DNA from: Felis catus
Lineage: Eukaryota
Assembly (NCBI RefSeq): GCF_018350175.1
Contig: NC_058369.1
Span: forward strand, 6,698,001-6,762,000
Direction of reading: 5' to 3'
DNA length: 64,000 bases
The notes below the pieces were generated by a model. The model did not search any database. It worked only from the letters and a program-made list of their open reading frames with translations, and was not told the DNA's origin. The position numbers and the translations under genes were made by a program. Shown one piece after another: positions 62,001 through 64,000 of this stretch. Position 1 is the first letter of the stretch. Every line of letters begins with the position of its first letter.

Positions 62001-63525
62001 CTATATGGGATGAGCGGTACTCACCTGAGCGTGTAGCCCAGGAGTCCACGGCTGAGAGGGCTTGCATGGGCACAGAGGTGAAGGCCAAAGTGGTCTTGTC
62101 TCTGGAAACAGAGGTCTCAGGTGGAGACACAGATGGACTTAAAGGTTTCTTTGAATCCTCTCCAGTAGTAAATAAAAGGGTGTTGGTCTCTTCTGAGGCA
62201 GAGGAGGGGGATGGAGAAAATGAAGTCTTCATTCCAGACACACTGGTGATGCTGAGGATTCCAGGGCCACCCGATGGTTCCGAAGCCGAAGTCCCGGCTG
62301 CGGGGAGGCTGGGCGGGTCTGGGGTCTCGGGGGAGGTGCTGAGGGGGAGCACGCTCCCTGCTGTCTCTTCCCCTGGGGGAGATGGACGGGCCAGGGTAGA
62401 GGTGGCACTTCTGACCCTCCTAGCACTTGCTGCTGGATTACTTGCCATTATGGGAAACATGACAGCTGAGTTGGGCTCCGTCCTCTCTGGGCTCCCCGGG
62501 ATCCCCGTGGTCGTGGAAGAGGTAACTGTCTGCACTGAGGATGTGCTGGAGCCTGGCACTTTACCACCCAGATCTGAAGCAGGTGACAGCAGGGAAACAC
62601 TGGGGGTTAGCGTGGTGCCTCCCTCAGAACCAAGCTCAGGGGAGGCAAAGTGATGTTCCGTGTTGGACCGAGGCAGTCCTGGGCTTCTTTGCCCCCCAGA
62701 ATCTGGAGTCTCTCTAGATGACGTCTCGGGATAAGTAGAAGAGACCGTCTTGGAGGGCAAGCGTGTGGCTCCCAGAGTACTGGGATTACCAGCCGCCCCC
62801 ACCTCGGCTGGAGTGACTGGGGCACTTCTCATGGTCTGAGTCAAACCCGTGAGTGTCTCAGATGAAGCTGTAGGTTCTGTGGGGAGGTGGGCTGTGGTCC
62901 AACTCCTCCTGGTGCTGCTGTTTCCCACCCCACTGGGGACAGTCAGCTGATCGGTGGCTGGGCCGCCTGTGGCTTCTGTGAAGAGTGTGTCTGTCGAGGT
63001 TTCTTGGGGTGAAGTTCCTTTGGAGGGGCTGCTCTTTGCAGTGACTTCCGGAGTGGGGGAAGGGCTGACAGAGGTTACCACAATGCTTGAGGACCCCCCA
63101 GGATCTGTCTCTGTCCAGCGTGTGCGCTGGGATTCACTCGCGTCCTGAACGGAGCCTGCCTGGGTCTGTGACGCGGCTGTTGGGGTGCTGGAGAGGGGTG
63201 CCCTGGAGGGCTCAGAGTTCCCACCGGCAGCCGTGCTTCTGAGCTCCCCCTCTGGGTCAGATGAGGACACCGGAGCCCCACCGGTCACCCTGCTGTCAGG
63301 GCTGGAGGCTGTGGTGATAGTCAGACTGTTCTCTCTTCCAGGAGCAGAGACACTGGTCGCGGTCTCAGCTGGGGAAGTAAAAGACAGGGCACTTTTGTCC
63401 ACGGTAGCCACAGCTGCGGAAACCTCACGTAATAAACTGGTAACGTGCGTGTCCTGGGTGGTTTCAGCACTACTGCCTGCTGTGTTACAGGACAGGGTAG
63501 GAGCACTGGACCCAAGGAGGCCCAT
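59082..63525 (-). CDS. MUC16: MUC16 first large PTS exon (MGLLGSSAPT...EALPDR); 5' boundary uncertain
   Basis: 1500-aa S/T/P-rich ORF; strong phase-1 donor AG|GTGAGA at 59082/59081, after which the ORF stops being mucin-like; first ATG at 63525, in-frame TAG at 63571-63573. Confidence 0.85.
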
Positions 63526-63864
63526 GGGGCCAAGCAGGGATGCCTCAGCATTTGCCTTTCGGACGCGGGTCTAAGATGTGCCCTCGGAGAGCCAAGCTGG
63601 CTGCTGGCATCCGCCACTGGGCTCCCTGCAGTTTTTTCTGGTGGGCGATGTAACTGGGATCTCTGCACTTGTGCCGGACACACTTAGGTCCAGATGACCC
63701 CTGTGCACGTGGGAGGTTGGGGGAAATCAGGCAGCCTTTCTGAAAGGATGTGGCAACCACAGGAATTTCCCTAAAATAAAAATCTGACCGTATCAGTCCC
63801 CTCCTTCGAATCTTATTCGTTTGCCTGTCGTGTCCTTAATGATCCACCTTGTCTCTCCCTCTGA

Positions 63865-64000
63865 CGCTGGTTCTCAACCGGGTCTGATGTCCCTCCCCCC
63901 CGCCCCCGGGGAATATTCCAGAAAGGGACCACAGGTTTGGTTTGTTACGATGAGACGATGAGTGGTGCTCTGGTGCCACCTAGTGGACAGAGGCTAGGGA
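63865..64000 (+). mobile_element. MER20 (partial, runs off the window)
   Basis: tggttctcaaccggg terminus and ctagtgg.cagaggctaggga motif. Confidence 0.7.
63971..63989 (-). promoter_or_regulatory. Candidate CTCF site TGTCCACTAGGTGGCACCA within MER20
   Basis: Close match to the CTCF core CCAC(C/T)AG(A/G)(G/T)GGC(A/G)C; motif only, no binding data. Confidence 0.55.

Larger units (their letters stand above)
2345..63525 (-). other. MUC16: MUC16 (mucin-16/CA125) gene, 5' portion; continues beyond the left edge and possibly the right edge
   Basis: Giant PTS-rich ORFs followed by 156-aa SEA repeats with MUC16 hallmark motifs PFTLNFTITNL, GCRLTLLR and TLDRxSLYVNG, each split into 125/68/173/36/66-bp exons; all junctions GT-AG and frame-compatible. 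Confidence 0.97.

Overview
Mammalian (carnivore, most likely felid, judged from the abundant Fc-type CAN-SINEs) genomic DNA containing the 5' part of MUC16 (CA125 mucin) on the minus strand. I reconstructed 22 coding exons by hand, about 30.9 kb of CDS or roughly 10,300 aa, and every junction is GT-AG and in frame. In transcript order they are: a 4.4-kb Pro/Thr/Ser (PTS) exon, two small linker exons, a 20.2-kb PTS exon, a 546-bp exon, a linker exon, a 3.9-kb PTS exon, and three complete 156-aa SEA repeats (exons of 125/68/173/36/66 bp). The gene continues past the left edge. There is no prokaryotic-type system, CRISPR array or RNA gene. The most notable observations all concern remodelling of the mucin stalk. 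(1) A 1.1-kb intron is itself a decayed mucin repeat, i.e. apparent intron gain by intronization. (2) A dead ~1.9-kb PTS exon lies between two intact linker exons. (3) The giant exon holds a three-tier (~880 bp, 2649 bp, 5298 bp) higher-order repeat. Splice sites are inferred from sequence only. Comparisons with human MUC16 are from memory and need alignment. Repeat boundaries and subfamily names are approximate.
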